A DNA stretch of 55,232 nt, taken from contig CP066690.1 in NCBI GenBank assembly GCA_016432465.1, forward strand, positions 1 to 55,232, read 5' to 3'. The stretch's first letter is position 1, and each line of letters opens with the position of its first letter. A program made the translations under genes and the position numbers. Below the pieces are notes generated by a model, which was not told where the DNA came from, did not search any database, and saw only the letters and a program-made list of their open reading frames with translations. The DNA is from Candidatus Sungiibacteriota bacterium. GTDB lineage: Bacteria > Patescibacteriota > Minisyncoccia > Sungbacterales > HO2-52-23. Below are positions 17,722 through 28,600 of the stretch, piece by piece.

Positions 17722-18798
17722 ATGAGTCTTAAAATCGGCATAGTCGGTCTACCTAACGTTGGCAAGTCCACCCTTTTTAACGCTTTAACCAAGAAAAAAG
17801 TTGATATTTCTAATTACCCTTTTTGTACTATTGAGCCGAATATAGGGATTGTGGAAGTGCCTGATTTGCGTCTGGAAAAACTGGCTGAAATATCGCATTC
17901 CCAGCGGATTATACCAGCGGTGGTTGAATTTGTGGATATTGCGGGATTAGTAAAGGGCGCGGCTGAAGGTGAAGGACTGGGAAATAAGTTTTTATCACAT
18001 ATACGCGAGGTTGACGCGATTGCCGAGGTGGTACGCGTCTTTAAAGATAAGGATATTATCCATGTTGCCAATGCCGTAAATCCGGTTTCGGACATTGAAG
18101 TATTGGAATATGAACTAATCCTCAAGGATTTAGAAACCACCCAGAACCGCCTCGCATCATTACAAAAAGAGGTCAAGGCGGGGGAAAAAAGAGCGGCGGA
18201 AGAATTGGAGCATCTGCAAAAAGTTGCCGAAGAGCTCAAAACCGGCGCTATACAACATACCAACAAACTTGAGTTTGTTGGTATGTTGACGAATTTAGGG
18301 TTATTAACTGCAAAGCCGATTGTTTACGTCTTCAATGCGTCGGAGAAACAAGTACAAGAGAAGTGGGAGCCGGATCAAAAATTGAAAAACAAAATCGGCC
18401 CGGCATCATACGCGGTTATTTCTGCCAAGATTGAGGCGGAGCTTGGGGAATTAGCTGAGGAAGAGAAAAAAGAATACCTAAAAACCCTCGGGCGGGATGA
18501 GAGTGGACTGGATCAGTTGATCCGCGTTGGCTACGAGACATTGGGGCTCATCACTTTTTTTACAACCGGGGAGGATGAAACCCGCGCCTGGACTATTCCC
18601 AAAGGATCTCTAGCTCCGAGGGCAGGACGCGCTATTCACTCCGATTTTGAAGATAAATTTATCCGGGCCGAAGTAATTAATTGGCAAAAATTGGTTGAAG
18701 CCGACTCTTGGTCTCGCGCCAAAGAACTCGGCCTGCTCCGGCTAGAAGGAAAGGAATATGTCGTTCAGGATGGGGATGTGATGGAATTTAAAATTTGA
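17722..18798 (+). CDS. ychF: Ribosome-associated ATPase YchF
   Basis: GIVGLPNVGKSTLFN, NYPFCTIEPN, DIAGLVKGA, YVVQDGDV. Confidence 0.98.
   Translation: MSLKIGIVGLPNVGKSTLFNALTKKKVDISNYPFCTIEPNIGIVEVPDLRLEKLAEISHSQRIIPAVVEFVDIAGLVKGAAEGEGLGNKFLSHIREVDAIAEVVRVFKDKDIIHVANAVNPVSDIEVLEYELILKDLETTQNRLASLQKEVKAGEKRAAEELEHLQKVAEELKTGAIQHTNKLEFVGMLTNLGLLTAKPIVYVFNASEKQVQEKWEPDQKLKNKIGPASYAVISAKIEAELGELAEEEKKEYLKTLGRDESGLDQLIRVGYETLGLITFFTTGEDETRAWTIPKGSLAPRAGRAIHSDFEDKFIRAEVINWQKLVEADSWSRAKELGLLRLEGKEYVVQDGDVMEFKI
18253..18288. repeat. Palindromic element (family B) in frame in ychF, encoding QHTNKLEFVGML
   Basis: Perfect 17-bp arms CAACATACCAACAAACT/AGTTTGTTGGTATGTTG with a 2-nt loop; exactly 12 codons. 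Confidence 0.9.
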
Positions 18799-18845
18799 CT
18801 GCCGGTATGATCTTTGCTATATTTCGCCTATTCTTAAGGAACCTC

Positions 18846-19199
18846 CCCCGCACCAATTTTACGAGGTAACGCAGGGGCGGCCCGCTTCGCCCATAAATCC
18901 CCCCACCTTCCCAGCGGGGTCTTGGACTCCGCGGGAAGGATTTCTACAGCACCCATTCATCCCCGCAGCAAGCTACGGGTATTCTAGGAAGGTGGGGGGA
19001 TAAAGGGACGGCCTATTCGGCCACGCGGGCCACGGGTGCATAAATGGTCCATCAAAAACAAAATGCCTTAAATTTCCCAATTAGGTAAAATTGGAGCGGG
19101 GTTCTCATACTTGTAGCGAAATTTTGTCCCTAGGTCGCTTTGCGGCCGGGATCCCGGCACGAAGTGCCTAGGGATTCGCTACAAGTAGCTCCAAAATTT
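18846..19199. repeat. Nested cluster of inverted-repeat elements between ychF and rpsF
   Basis: IR pairs 18846-18861/19086-19101 (1 mismatch), 18897-18911/18987-19001 (perfect 15 bp) and 19108-19120/19175-19187 (perfect 13 bp). Confidence 0.8.
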
Positions 19200-19207
19200 C
19201 GACAAGT

Positions 19208-19645
19208 ATGGAAAAAAACTATGAACTTGCCTATCTTTTTTCTTCTACTATTCCGGAGGAGGATATTTTGACGTGGACAGAAAAACTAAGTACTATTATT
19301 GGAGAAGCCAAGGGGCTGGTTAAAAACGTTGAAACCCCCAAAAAACGGCTCTTGGCTTATGTTGTTAAAAAAGAAAAGCACGCTTATTTTGGTTGGACTA
19401 CCCTTACTATAGCGCCCGAATTTTTAAAGACGCTTGATAAGAAAATCCGAGGCATGGACAAACTTCTCCGTTATCTTGTGGTTGAAGAGGTAAAAGCGGA
19501 GGTTCGTCACCAAACGCTTCGAATTGTACCTCCACGTCCTGCTGCGAAACACCCACGCGTCATCCCAAGAGAGATGCCCAAGACTGATGAAAAACTGGAT
19601 CTTGAGGCATTGGATAAAAAGCTGGAGGAAATTTTAGGGAAGTAG
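19208..19645 (+). CDS. rpsF: 30S ribosomal protein S6
   Basis: YEL...KRLLAYVVKKEKHAYF...LLRYLVV; first gene of rpsF-ssb-rpsR. Confidence 0.92.
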   Translation: MEKNYELAYLFSSTIPEEDILTWTEKLSTIIGEAKGLVKNVETPKKRLLAYVVKKEKHAYFGWTTLTIAPEFLKTLDKKIRGMDKLLRYLVVEEVKAEVRHQTLRIVPPRPAAKHPRVIPREMPKTDEKLDLEALDKKLEEILGK

Positions 19646-19739
19646 AAGCAAACTTAAACGCCACGAGGTACGCAAAATTAAACGCAATTGCGTCTAAAGT
19701 TGCGTAATAACTTGCGTATACATTTGCTTCTACACCACA

Positions 19740-20183
19740 ATGAATCTAAACAAAGCTTTCATCTTAGGCAACTTAACCCGCGATCCCGAGCTGCGCCAAA
19801 CCCCTTCTGGACAAGCAGTTTGCAGTTTTGGCGTGGCTACGAACCGCTTTTATACCGACTCCACGGGCCAGAAACAAAAGCAAGCGGAATTTCACAACGT
19901 AGTTGCTTGGGGCCGGCAGGCAGAAATAGTTAATCAATATCTTCGTAAGGGTAGTTCTGTCTTGGTTGAGGGGAGACTTCAGACGCGAAATTGGCAGGAC
20001 CAGCAGGGAAGTAAGCACTGGCGAACCGAAATTATCGCCGAGCGCATACAACTCGGCCCCAAAAATCAGGGTGGTCCAGCGCCCTCAACCCCTGAAGGGC
20101 AGAAACAGTCGGAAGACACAACGCCCATCATAGAGCTTCCGGAAGAAGGGGAAGAGATTGATGTAAAGGACATACCTTTTTAG
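19740..20183 (+). CDS. ssb: Single-stranded DNA-binding protein
   Basis: NKAFILGNLTRDPELR, VEGRLQTR, C-terminal DIPF. Confidence 0.98.
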   Translation: MNLNKAFILGNLTRDPELRQTPSGQAVCSFGVATNRFYTDSTGQKQKQAEFHNVVAWGRQAEIVNQYLRKGSSVLVEGRLQTRNWQDQQGSKHWRTEIIAERIQLGPKNQGGPAPSTPEGQKQSEDTTPIIELPEEGEEIDVKDIPF

Positions 20184-20384
20184 ATGGCCCAGTGTTTTTT
20201 TTGCACAACCAATCGCGGCATTATTGACTATAAAGATACAGAACTTCTGCGTCGGTTTTTGAGCGCCGGCGCTAAAATACATTCCCGTAAAAAGTCAGGT
20301 CTTTGCGCCAAACACCAAAGGCATCTGGCGCAGGCCATAAAACGCGCAAGATACCTTGCTTTGATACCCTATACCACACGCTAA
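20184..20384 (+). CDS. rpsR: 30S ribosomal protein S18 (Zn-ribbon form)
   Basis: CFFC...IDYKD...CAKHQRHLAQAIKRARYLALIPY. Confidence 0.96.
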   Translation: MAQCFFCTTNRGIIDYKDTELLRRFLSAGAKIHSRKKSGLCAKHQRHLAQAIKRARYLALIPYTTR

Positions 20385-20433
20385 ATAACAACCTACTATC
20401 ATCAGTCGTGCTCCGGCGAGCACGGCTAATTAT

Positions 20434-21297
20434 TTATGAGAGGACTATTAATATTGCCCCTGCCAGAAGTAAGACGGTACCCAGAACTCGCATTTTTTCA
20501 AACTGTTCGTGAAAAAATAAAAAGCCCCACAAGGCTCCGAAAAAGATGGAGGCACGCTTTATAGCAATTACGTGAGGCACAAAAGCAAGACCAACTGCCC
20601 GCATCTGAAAAATAAAGGCCAGGGCACTAAAAATTCCTATAGGCGCAAGTATGGAAATGTTTTTTAAAGAACCTACGGCAGGGGCGCCGCGTTTCAACAT
20701 AAACGGCAGAAGAGTAAAAGCAACCGTAGTGTTAAATGCTGCTGCATAGAAGTAAGGATTGGAGTGCAGGACAGCAACTTTATCTAAAGGAGCGCTGATA
20801 CCCCACAAGATAGCCACCAATAGCATAAGACGCGTGCCTTCCTGTTGCCATAGATTCCGGAAGGGCGTAAAAAAACCGAGATGATTTCTGGAAAGTCCAA
20901 AAAAGTATACACCCAAGGCGCTTATTAAAACACCACCCACCCCAAGAAGCGACGGCCACTCATGGTTGATAATAGGAGTCGTAAACAGCATAAAAACAGG
21001 AGATAGGGCGAGCATAGGTAAGACGTGGGTGAGCGGAGCGGTTTTAAGGGCGCGCATGTAAAATAACGAGGTGAGAGTATCCGAGGCGGTAATAATCAGA
21101 AGTACTATCCAAAAAGTGGCATCCGGCAGAGGAGAGCGTCCCAAAATAAAAGCCGCCGGAAGCAACAAAAAAAGTGCAAAAAATCTTTGGCTCCAAGCGG
21201 CGGTATACTCGTTGTGTCTTTCTGCTCCCCGTTTCCCCACTGCATCCTTAACTGATTCGGCCAGAGCGGCAGTAAGTGCAAACCAAAACCACAACAT
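20434..21297 (-). CDS. EamA/DMT-family transporter
   Basis: 287 aa, about ten hydrophobic segments in two similar halves. Confidence 0.85.
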   Translation of the reverse strand: MLWFWFALTAALAESVKDAVGKRGAERHNEYTAAWSQRFFALFLLLPAAFILGRSPLPDATFWIVLLIITASDTLTSLFYMRALKTAPLTHVLPMLALSPVFMLFTTPIINHEWPSLLGVGGVLISALGVYFFGLSRNHLGFFTPFRNLWQQEGTRLMLLVAILWGISAPLDKVAVLHSNPYFYAAAFNTTVAFTLLPFMLKRGAPAVGSLKNISILAPIGIFSALAFIFQMRAVGLAFVPHVIAIKRASIFFGALWGFLFFHEQFEKMRVLGTVLLLAGAILIVLS

Positions 21298-21303
21298 TGT
21301 TGA

Positions 21304-22299
21304 CTACTCTTTTAGGGTCTCCCTTATTTTCTTCATAATTTCGTCCCTAACTTTTGGGTTATCTTTTAAATAATTTTTGGCGTTATCAAACCCTTGTCCC
21401 AGCTTTATAATGCCGTAGGTAAGACTGGCGCCGGATTTCTTAATAACCTCGTATTTTATACCTGTATTTAAAATGTCCGCCTCGTAAGAAATACCTTCGT
21501 TATAGAAAATATCAAATTCTGCGGTTTTAAACGGCGGGGCAACTTTATTTTTTACTATTTTGGCTCTATGCCGGTTGCCTATTATTTCTTCTCCTTTTTT
21601 AATTTGTGCGCTTCGGCGCAAATCAACTCGCACCGAGGAATAAAATTTTAGGGCTTTTCCGCCGGGGGTGGTTTCCGGATTGCCCCACATTATACCAATT
21701 TGCATCCGGATCTGATTTATAAAAATAATAACGGTTTTGGACTTGGAGACTATGGCTGTGAGTTTGCGCAGCGCATGCGACATCAGACGCGCCTGAAGCC
21801 CTATGTGTTGTTCTCCCATTTCTCCCTCTATTTCTGCCTTGGGGGTCAAGGCAGCTACCGAGTCCACGACAATAACGTCCACCGCATTGGAACGCACTAA
21901 AGATTCTACGATCTCAAGGGCTTGTTCTCCGGTGTCCGGCTGTGAGATTAAAAGGTCGTTTATTTTAACGCCTATTTTTTTGGCATATTCCGGGTCCAGA
22001 GCATGTTCCGCATCCACAAAAGCGCAAAGCCCGCCCTTGCGCTGGGCCTCGCGTATGATATGAAGCGCCAGTGTTGTTTTTCCGCTTGATTCGGGGCCAA
22101 AAATCTCAATAATACGTCCCCGCGGCACACCGCCCACTCCTAGGGCGTTGTCTAACGAAAAAGAACCCGTGGGAATTACGTCCACGTCCACCCGCCTTGC
22201 TTCGCCCAATTTCATTATGGCACCCTCTCCGTATTTTTCCTGAATTTCTTTGACCGCAGAATCCAAAAGTTTTATTTTGTCTAATTTTTCCTCTTTCAT
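21304..22299 (-). CDS. recA: Recombinase RecA
   Basis: [36 protein letters not shown]; no intein. Confidence 0.99.
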   Translation of the reverse strand: MKEEKLDKIKLLDSAVKEIQEKYGEGAIMKLGEARRVDVDVIPTGSFSLDNALGVGGVPRGRIIEIFGPESSGKTTLALHIIREAQRKGGLCAFVDAEHALDPEYAKKIGVKINDLLISQPDTGEQALEIVESLVRSNAVDVIVVDSVAALTPKAEIEGEMGEQHIGLQARLMSHALRKLTAIVSKSKTVIIFINQIRMQIGIMWGNPETTPGGKALKFYSSVRVDLRRSAQIKKGEEIIGNRHRAKIVKNKVAPPFKTAEFDIFYNEGISYEADILNTGIKYEVIKKSGASLTYGIIKLGQGFDNAKNYLKDNPKVRDEIMKKIRETLKE

Positions 22300-22625
22300 C
22301 CCGATAGTGTTAGGAAGCGCTTTACTCTTTGTTTAAGATAAGCCCTTCCTTGACCTGATTTAAGCTGTTTTTCTCTTGACTGAGCATCGGCTTTATTTCT
22401 ATACGCTTCATAGTATATCAACTCAGATGGACCTCGACCTTTTGTCCAAGAATTATATTTACCCTCATTGTGTTCTTTAAAGCGCTTCCGTAAATCCATC
22501 GTAAAACCGACATACCATCTGCTATTTCTTTGGCTGCGTAATACATAGGATTTATTACGTATGGAAACATGCAGTAAGACGCGTTCCGCATACATTGATA
22601 TCCTACAGACCGCATTTAGTTCCAT
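22296..22625 (-). CDS. Small GIY-YIG nuclease; start uncertain
   Basis: YVLRS...WYVGFT.DLRKR..EHN...YYE...A..RE..LK; stop overlaps the recA ATG (ATGA). Confidence 0.8.
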   Translation of the reverse strand: MELNAVCRISMYAERVLLHVSIRNKSYVLRSQRNSRWYVGFTMDLRKRFKEHNEGKYNSWTKGRGPSELIYYEAYRNKADAQSREKQLKSGQGRAYLKQRVKRFLTLSG

Positions 22626-22638
22626 ATCTCTAACGGGA

Positions 22639-23301
22639 TTATTTTACTATAACGTATCTCACCTCTTTTTGTACTTTCCCAAACCTGTTTTCGGTTTGGA
22701 ACTCAAGAGCATTAAGGCCTGCCGCTAACTCCAAAGTTTCATCAAAATTGCCCCGTTCGTCCACCCTAAGCTCACGACCGTTTACTGTCAAACGACCCTC
22801 CTTCTCTGTGCTGCCCCTTACGCGAACCATGGGTACTTCTAATAACGCCTGATTGCCCGGCTCCTCCACCTTAAGTTTGGGTATACCCACAAAGTTTTGA
22901 AGTTGGGACACTAGAAAAAGTAAAAATATAAGCAGGCCCATACCGCCGATCAGAAGGCCAAATCGCGCCGGAGTGAGATACGGGCCGTCTCCCCTATTTT
23001 CTGGTAATGGGGCGATTGTTTTATCTTTTCTAAACATCCTTATCTCCCACTCCGTGTTGAATTCTTTTATCCAATCTTCTTTGTTTTCTGTTCCGAAAAG
23101 ATTAAGGATTTTTTTAAAAAATCCTAGAGCATAAACCTTGGCCGGAAAGACATCATAGCTGTCTTCCTCCAGGGCCGTAACGTGTTTTTGTGCGGTTTGT
23201 ATTTCGTCAGCTACATCCTTCAGCGTGAATCCCAAAGCTTCCCGACGTTTGCGCAAACGTTCACCCAACGTTTCTTGGTCTTTGGAGTGTTTAGGAGGCA
23301 T
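22639..23301 (-). CDS. XRE-type HTH membrane protein (RodZ-like N-terminus, one TM, C-terminal beta domain)
   Basis: LGERLRKRREALG...ALEEDSY..FPAKVYALGF; downstream of ftsK. Confidence 0.75.
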   Translation of the reverse strand: MPPKHSKDQETLGERLRKRREALGFTLKDVADEIQTAQKHVTALEEDSYDVFPAKVYALGFFKKILNLFGTENKEDWIKEFNTEWEIRMFRKDKTIAPLPENRGDGPYLTPARFGLLIGGMGLLIFLLFLVSQLQNFVGIPKLKVEEPGNQALLEVPMVRVRGSTEKEGRLTVNGRELRVDERGNFDETLELAAGLNALEFQTENRFGKVQKEVRYVIVK

Positions 23302-25462
23302 AAAATTCTTCATCATTATTACTGCCTGCCATACTCTCACGTTTAATCAAAACTTCGCGCGGTTTAGCGCCATCGGCCGGACCCACCACCCCGCGTGCTT
23401 CCATAGTATCCAGGATCCTGGCGGCTCGAGCATACCCCAAACGAAGTCTGCGCTGCAAGTAGGAGGCCGAGGCTTTGCCGGCTTCTATTACCAAAGTTTT
23501 GGCCTCCTCGTATATAGGATCGTTATCGCCGCCGCCGGAGAACTCTTCGGCTTGATCTTCCTCAATTTTGGTATCAAGAATTCCTTCTTCATACTCTGGC
23601 GCCTCAATTTCTTCCCGTAAAAAGTCCACTACCCGTTTGATCTCCTGCTCCGAGACAAAAGCGCCTTGAATACGACGGGGTTTTGCCGTGTCTCCTGCCA
23701 AAAAAAGCATATCCCCGTTGCCCAGAAGTTTCTCTGCTCCGGCCATATCCAAAATGGTTCTGGAATCAACCTGCGAAGCCACCTGAAAAGCAATACGCGA
23801 GGTGATATTAGCTTTAATAAGACCGGTTAAAACCTCTACGGACGGGCGCTGAGTGGCAACAATAAGATGAATTCCTACGGCCCGCGCCATCTGTGCAAGA
23901 CGTATAATGGAAGACTCAACTTCGCGCGGAAACATAGCCATGAGATCGGCCAGTTCGTCAATCACTATCACAAGATAAGGCAGTAATTCCCCCTCCTGCG
24001 ACTTTGCTATGCCGGCGTTATAATTCGTGATATCCCGGACTTGATGTGAGGAAAGCATATCATAACGCCTATCCATTTCTTTGGTTGCCCAACGCAGTGC
24101 CTGAATTGTAGTTTTTGGGTCGGTTATGACCGGTGTTAAAAGATGCGGGATATCATTATAAGTAGAAAGCTCAACCCTTTTGGGGTCAACGATAATAAAC
24201 CGGAGCATTTCCGGGGGATTGCGATAAAGAAAGGAAGTAATAAGCGCGTGGATGCAGACAGATTTTCCGCTGCCAGTGGCACCGCTGATTAAAAGATGAG
24301 GCATTCTGGCTAAATCGGCAAAAACCGGCGTTCCGCTTACGTCCCGACCCAAAGCAAAAAGTAGGGGTTGGGACGATTCTTGAAAGATTTTATTTTCCAG
24401 CAAAACCTTAAGCCCCACCAAGGCTATGGAACGATTGGGGACCTCAATACCCGCAAGCGACTTTCCCGGAATAGGAGCCTCAATTCTTATGGGGTGCGCT
24501 GCCAGTGCCAACGATAGGTCGTTATGAAGAGCCGTAATCCTTGCCAGTTTTACTCCTTCGGCAGGACGCAGAGTGTATTGCGTGACCGTAGGTCCAATAG
24601 CAATCTCGCCCATCTCAACGTCAATGCCAAAATTCTCAAGAGTGCGTTTTATGATATTAGCATTAGCTCGTATGTCACCGGAGGAAGGAGTGCCGCGATC
24701 TCCCTGCAATAATTCAAAGGGGGGCTTGGTATAATCAAACCTTTTATTTATTTTGCGAAGCGCAATAAGAGGTTCTTCCTTAGGGGCAGCGATTGCAGTA
24801 ACAGTGGTGGAGGCTGGACTGATTGGCGTATCGATAGCTTCCGCCGTCACTTCTTCTTTCTTTTCCAATGCTGTTTGTATGGTTGTACTTATATTTTCAA
24901 GCACTGCTTTTACTCCAGAGGTTATACCATCAACCGGCGCTAATGTTTCTTCTTGAGATTTTTCACGACGCCGCAGAATTGGCATATTGAGCATAAGGAG
25001 TATGGAGATACTGAAAAAACCAAGCACAATGACTAAAGCGGCCCAAAAATCAAACAGGCGCATTAACGGAGTGGCTATAAGCGAACCCAATGCGCCGCCC
25101 CGCAAATCACCAAAGGTAAGCGAGATGCCCGCTAAACTCATGAAAAGAAACAAAACCCCCCCAAAAAATGTGGCACCAAGAATATGACGTTTTTCTGACA
25201 GCATAAGCGAGAAGCCAACCAAAACTAAAGAAAGAGGCGCAAAAAAATAACCCTTACCTAAAAGGAAATCAAATATCTTAAAAATGTATCCGCCGATCGT
25301 ACCGCCTCTCCCCAGAAAACTTAGAATAAAAAGCACAGCACCGACAAACGCCAGTATGGCCAGTATGCTTTTTTTTGTTTCGGGATGAAGGTCAGAATGC
25401 CACTTTTTGGCGGCTTGCCCCCGTTTGTCCGACTCCCCGTTTTTTCTCGTCTTTCCAGCCAT
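23291..25462 (-). CDS. ftsK: DNA translocase FtsK
   Basis: N-terminal TMs, GATGSGKS, VIDELADLM, ATQRPSV, gamma domain LQRRLRLGYARAARI. Confidence 0.97.
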   Translation of the reverse strand: MAGKTRKNGESDKRGQAAKKWHSDLHPETKKSILAILAFVGAVLFILSFLGRGGTIGGYIFKIFDFLLGKGYFFAPLSLVLVGFSLMLSEKRHILGATFFGGVLFLFMSLAGISLTFGDLRGGALGSLIATPLMRLFDFWAALVIVLGFFSISILLMLNMPILRRREKSQEETLAPVDGITSGVKAVLENISTTIQTALEKKEEVTAEAIDTPISPASTTVTAIAAPKEEPLIALRKINKRFDYTKPPFELLQGDRGTPSSGDIRANANIIKRTLENFGIDVEMGEIAIGPTVTQYTLRPAEGVKLARITALHNDLSLALAAHPIRIEAPIPGKSLAGIEVPNRSIALVGLKVLLENKIFQESSQPLLFALGRDVSGTPVFADLARMPHLLISGATGSGKSVCIHALITSFLYRNPPEMLRFIIVDPKRVELSTYNDIPHLLTPVITDPKTTIQALRWATKEMDRRYDMLSSHQVRDITNYNAGIAKSQEGELLPYLVIVIDELADLMAMFPREVESSIIRLAQMARAVGIHLIVATQRPSVEVLTGLIKANITSRIAFQVASQVDSRTILDMAGAEKLLGNGDMLFLAGDTAKPRRIQGAFVSEQEIKRVVDFLREEIEAPEYEEGILDTKIEEDQAEEFSGGGDNDPIYEEAKTLVIEAGKASASYLQRRLRLGYARAARILDTMEARGVVGPADGAKPREVLIKRESMAGSNNDEEFYAS

Positions 25463-25520
25463 ATGTTTTCATCCTAAAACAAAAGGGGCCTATTTGACAA
25501 TAACGGCCGCCGCAAAGAAT

Positions 25521-25620
25521 TTTATCCACGCACCAGCCGCCAGAGGCGAGCCTCGCTTGTGGCGGGAAGACCACGGGCTCGGGAAGTCAGACTTCCCATG
25601 GGAAGTCTGACTTCCCGTGG
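25521..25620. repeat. Family A repeat followed by a perfect 36-bp tandem palindrome (GGGAAGTCAGACTTCCC family D)
   Basis: 25521-25551 is 30/31 identical to 44779-44809; 25581-25616 is a perfect palindrome. Confidence 0.85.
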
Positions 25621-25624
25621 GGCT

Positions 25625-28600
25625 TCATACGATTTTTCTGTATCCAGTTCCTGCGGGGATAAGACGGCCAATAATAACGTTTTCTTTAAGACCCCGCAGT
25701 CCGTCAACTCGTCCGCGCACCGCAGCGTCAATAAGCACACGGGCGGTTTCCTGAAAGGAGGCTGCGGAAAGAAAACTTTCCGTGGATAAGGCAACCCGTG
25801 TAATGCCCAAAAGAAGCTGGAAAGCGGTGGCCGGTTTTTTACCGGCCCTAACGGCCGCAATGTTGGCGCGCCGTAACTCGCGTTTTTCAACCACCTCACC
25901 CTCGCTAAAACCAGTGTTGCCCGCGTCTTTAATACGTACCCGGGAAAACATCTGGCGCACAATAATTTCAATATGTTTATCGTGAATAGGCGCACCCTGC
26001 AGGGAGTAAATCTTTTGCACTTCTTTAATAATATAGCGCTCCGTCATTGACTGTCCTGCTAAACGGAAAAGTTCGCGCAAATCCGCATGCCCTTCCGACA
26101 GTAAATCTCCTTTCTTAATCTTCTGACCAGCTTCCACCAGAATCCCGGTGGCCGGCGGAATAGTAAATTCTTTTATTTCCTCTCCTCCTCCAAGCAACTT
26201 AAGGAGTGACTTTTTCTTGGTTTTGGCGACGGCAGGTTCCGGTTCAGCGCGAACTTTTATAATTTTCTCGCGTCCCGCCTCCATGATTTCAACCACTTCT
26301 CCTGCCACTTCAGCCAGTATCGCTCGCCCTTTGGGCGGACGAGCCTCAAAAATTTCTTCTACCCGAGGTAAACCCGTGGTTATATCGCCGCCCCCGGCTA
26401 CTCCTCCGGTGTGAAAAGTACGCATGGTAAGCTGCGTTCCGGGCTCCCCAATGGCTTGCGCCGCAACTATGCCCACCGCTTCGCCGGGTTTAATCGGTAT
26501 ATTGTTACCCAGATCATAACCGTAGCAGGCTTGACACACGCCACTTATGCTCCGACAGGTAATGGGAGAACGTATTTTTACACTCTCAATTTTTTTGTCG
26601 TTAATAATACGCGCTTCGTCCCGCTCAACCAGCTTTCCGCCGAGAATCAGCGTAGTTCCAGTGGCCGGGTCTTTGACGTCATCAAATAAAATTCTTCCAA
26701 AAGCGCGACGGCCCAGAGTCTTATTGATTTCCTCGGAGTCTTTAAACGTGACTTCAAAACCTTGTTTGGTTTTGCAATCTTCTTCAGTAATAATAATATC
26801 TTGCGCCACGTCCACCAGACGACGGGTTAAATATCCTGCCGCCGCAGTACGAAGCGCTGTATCTGCAGTGCCCTTGCGGGCGCCATGGGTTGAGATGAAA
26901 TATTCAAGCACATTGAGACCTTCTTTATAAGAAGACAACACCGGCAGTTCAATGATCTTACCGGCCGGATTCACCACCAATCCCTTCATACCTGACATCT
27001 GACGAATCTGTGTCCAGGAACCACGGGCCTTGGCATCCACCATGCTGTAGATAGAACCGGCTTTGTCCAGGGCCCCCGGAACAAGCGTAGTAATTTTATC
27101 CACCACCCCCTGCCATACCTCAACAATACGGTCATACTTTTCTTTTTCCGTAAGAAGGCCGCGTTGATACTGATCAACAATCTTGGTCACCGCATTTTCG
27201 GCGGTTTTTATCATCTCTTTTTTTTCTTGGGGTATAACCAGGTCATTCATGCCCCAAGAAATACCGGATTTAGTGGCATACTCAAAACCAAACTTTTTGA
27301 TGTTATCCAAGATGGGGGGAGTGTTTTGAATACCGTAGCGCTTAATGACTTGGGCAATAACTTCGGCCAGATCCTTATTTTTCAACTGCTGGTTAACAAA
27401 TGGAAAATCAGAAGGCAAAGCTCGGTTTAACAAAATCCGCCCTACCGAGGTTTCCACTAAACCGCTAATATCTTTAGGAACCACAGCGCCTTCATCTAAA
27501 ATCTCTTTTTTTGCAAGACGGACCTTGATACGCGAGCGCAAGTCCAAGATGCCAAAATCATAAGCCAACACCGCCTCTTCGGCCGAAGGAAATGTTTTTC
27601 CTTCTCCCCTGGAACCTTCCACCATCGTGGTCGCAAAATAGCTGCCCAACACCATATCTTGAGTTGGATTTACAATGGGATCACCCGTGGCCGGTTTTAA
27701 AAGATTTTTAGCAGAGAGCATAATATCGCGTGCCTCCACCTGTGCTTCGTCGGTCAAAGGAAGATGTACAGCCATCTGGTCTCCATCAAAATCGGCATTA
27801 AATGCGGGGCAAACCATGGGGTGGATTTGGATGGCGTCCCCTTCAATTAATACCGGCTGGAAGGCCTGAATACCAAGACGATGCAGTGTGGGCGCACGGT
27901 TTAATAACACATATCTTTTTTTAATAACTTCTTCTAAAATCGCCCAGACGTTGGGATCTTGATCTTCTATAAGGCGTCCGGCGCCGCGTATATTATGAGC
28001 CAATTCCCGTTCAATCAGACGACGAATCACAAAAGGCTTAAAAAGCTCCAAGGCCATTTTTTTTGGTATACCACATTCCTGTAACTCCAGTTCCGGACCA
28101 ACCACAATCACCGATCGCCCTGAATAGTCAACGCGTTTTCCCAAAAGGTTTTGACGGAAACGTCCTTGTTTACCCTTAAGGATATCAGCCAAGGACTTCA
28201 GGGGTCGCCGTTGGGCCTGACTGGCTACCGGAGCCATGCCCCTTCTAATGGAATTATCAATAAGGGCGTCAACCGCCTCCTGCAGCATTCTTTTTTCGTT
28301 TCTGGTTATGACCTCGGGCGCATTTAATTCAAAAAGTTTTTTCAAACGATTGTTGCGGTTGATAACACGACGGTATAAATCGTTCAGGTCCGAAGTTGCG
28401 TAACGCCCGCCATCAAGCTGTACCATAGGCCTAAGGTCGGGAGGAATAACCGGTATCATGGTTAAAAACATCCATTCCGGGCGGACCCGCGCTCGTATCA
28501 TGCCTCTTATTATTTGTAAACGCCTTAAGGTTTTACGCTTAATCATGGGTGGCTGATCTAGATATTCTGTTTCCAGGGCCGACTTCAACTTTTCAAGGTC

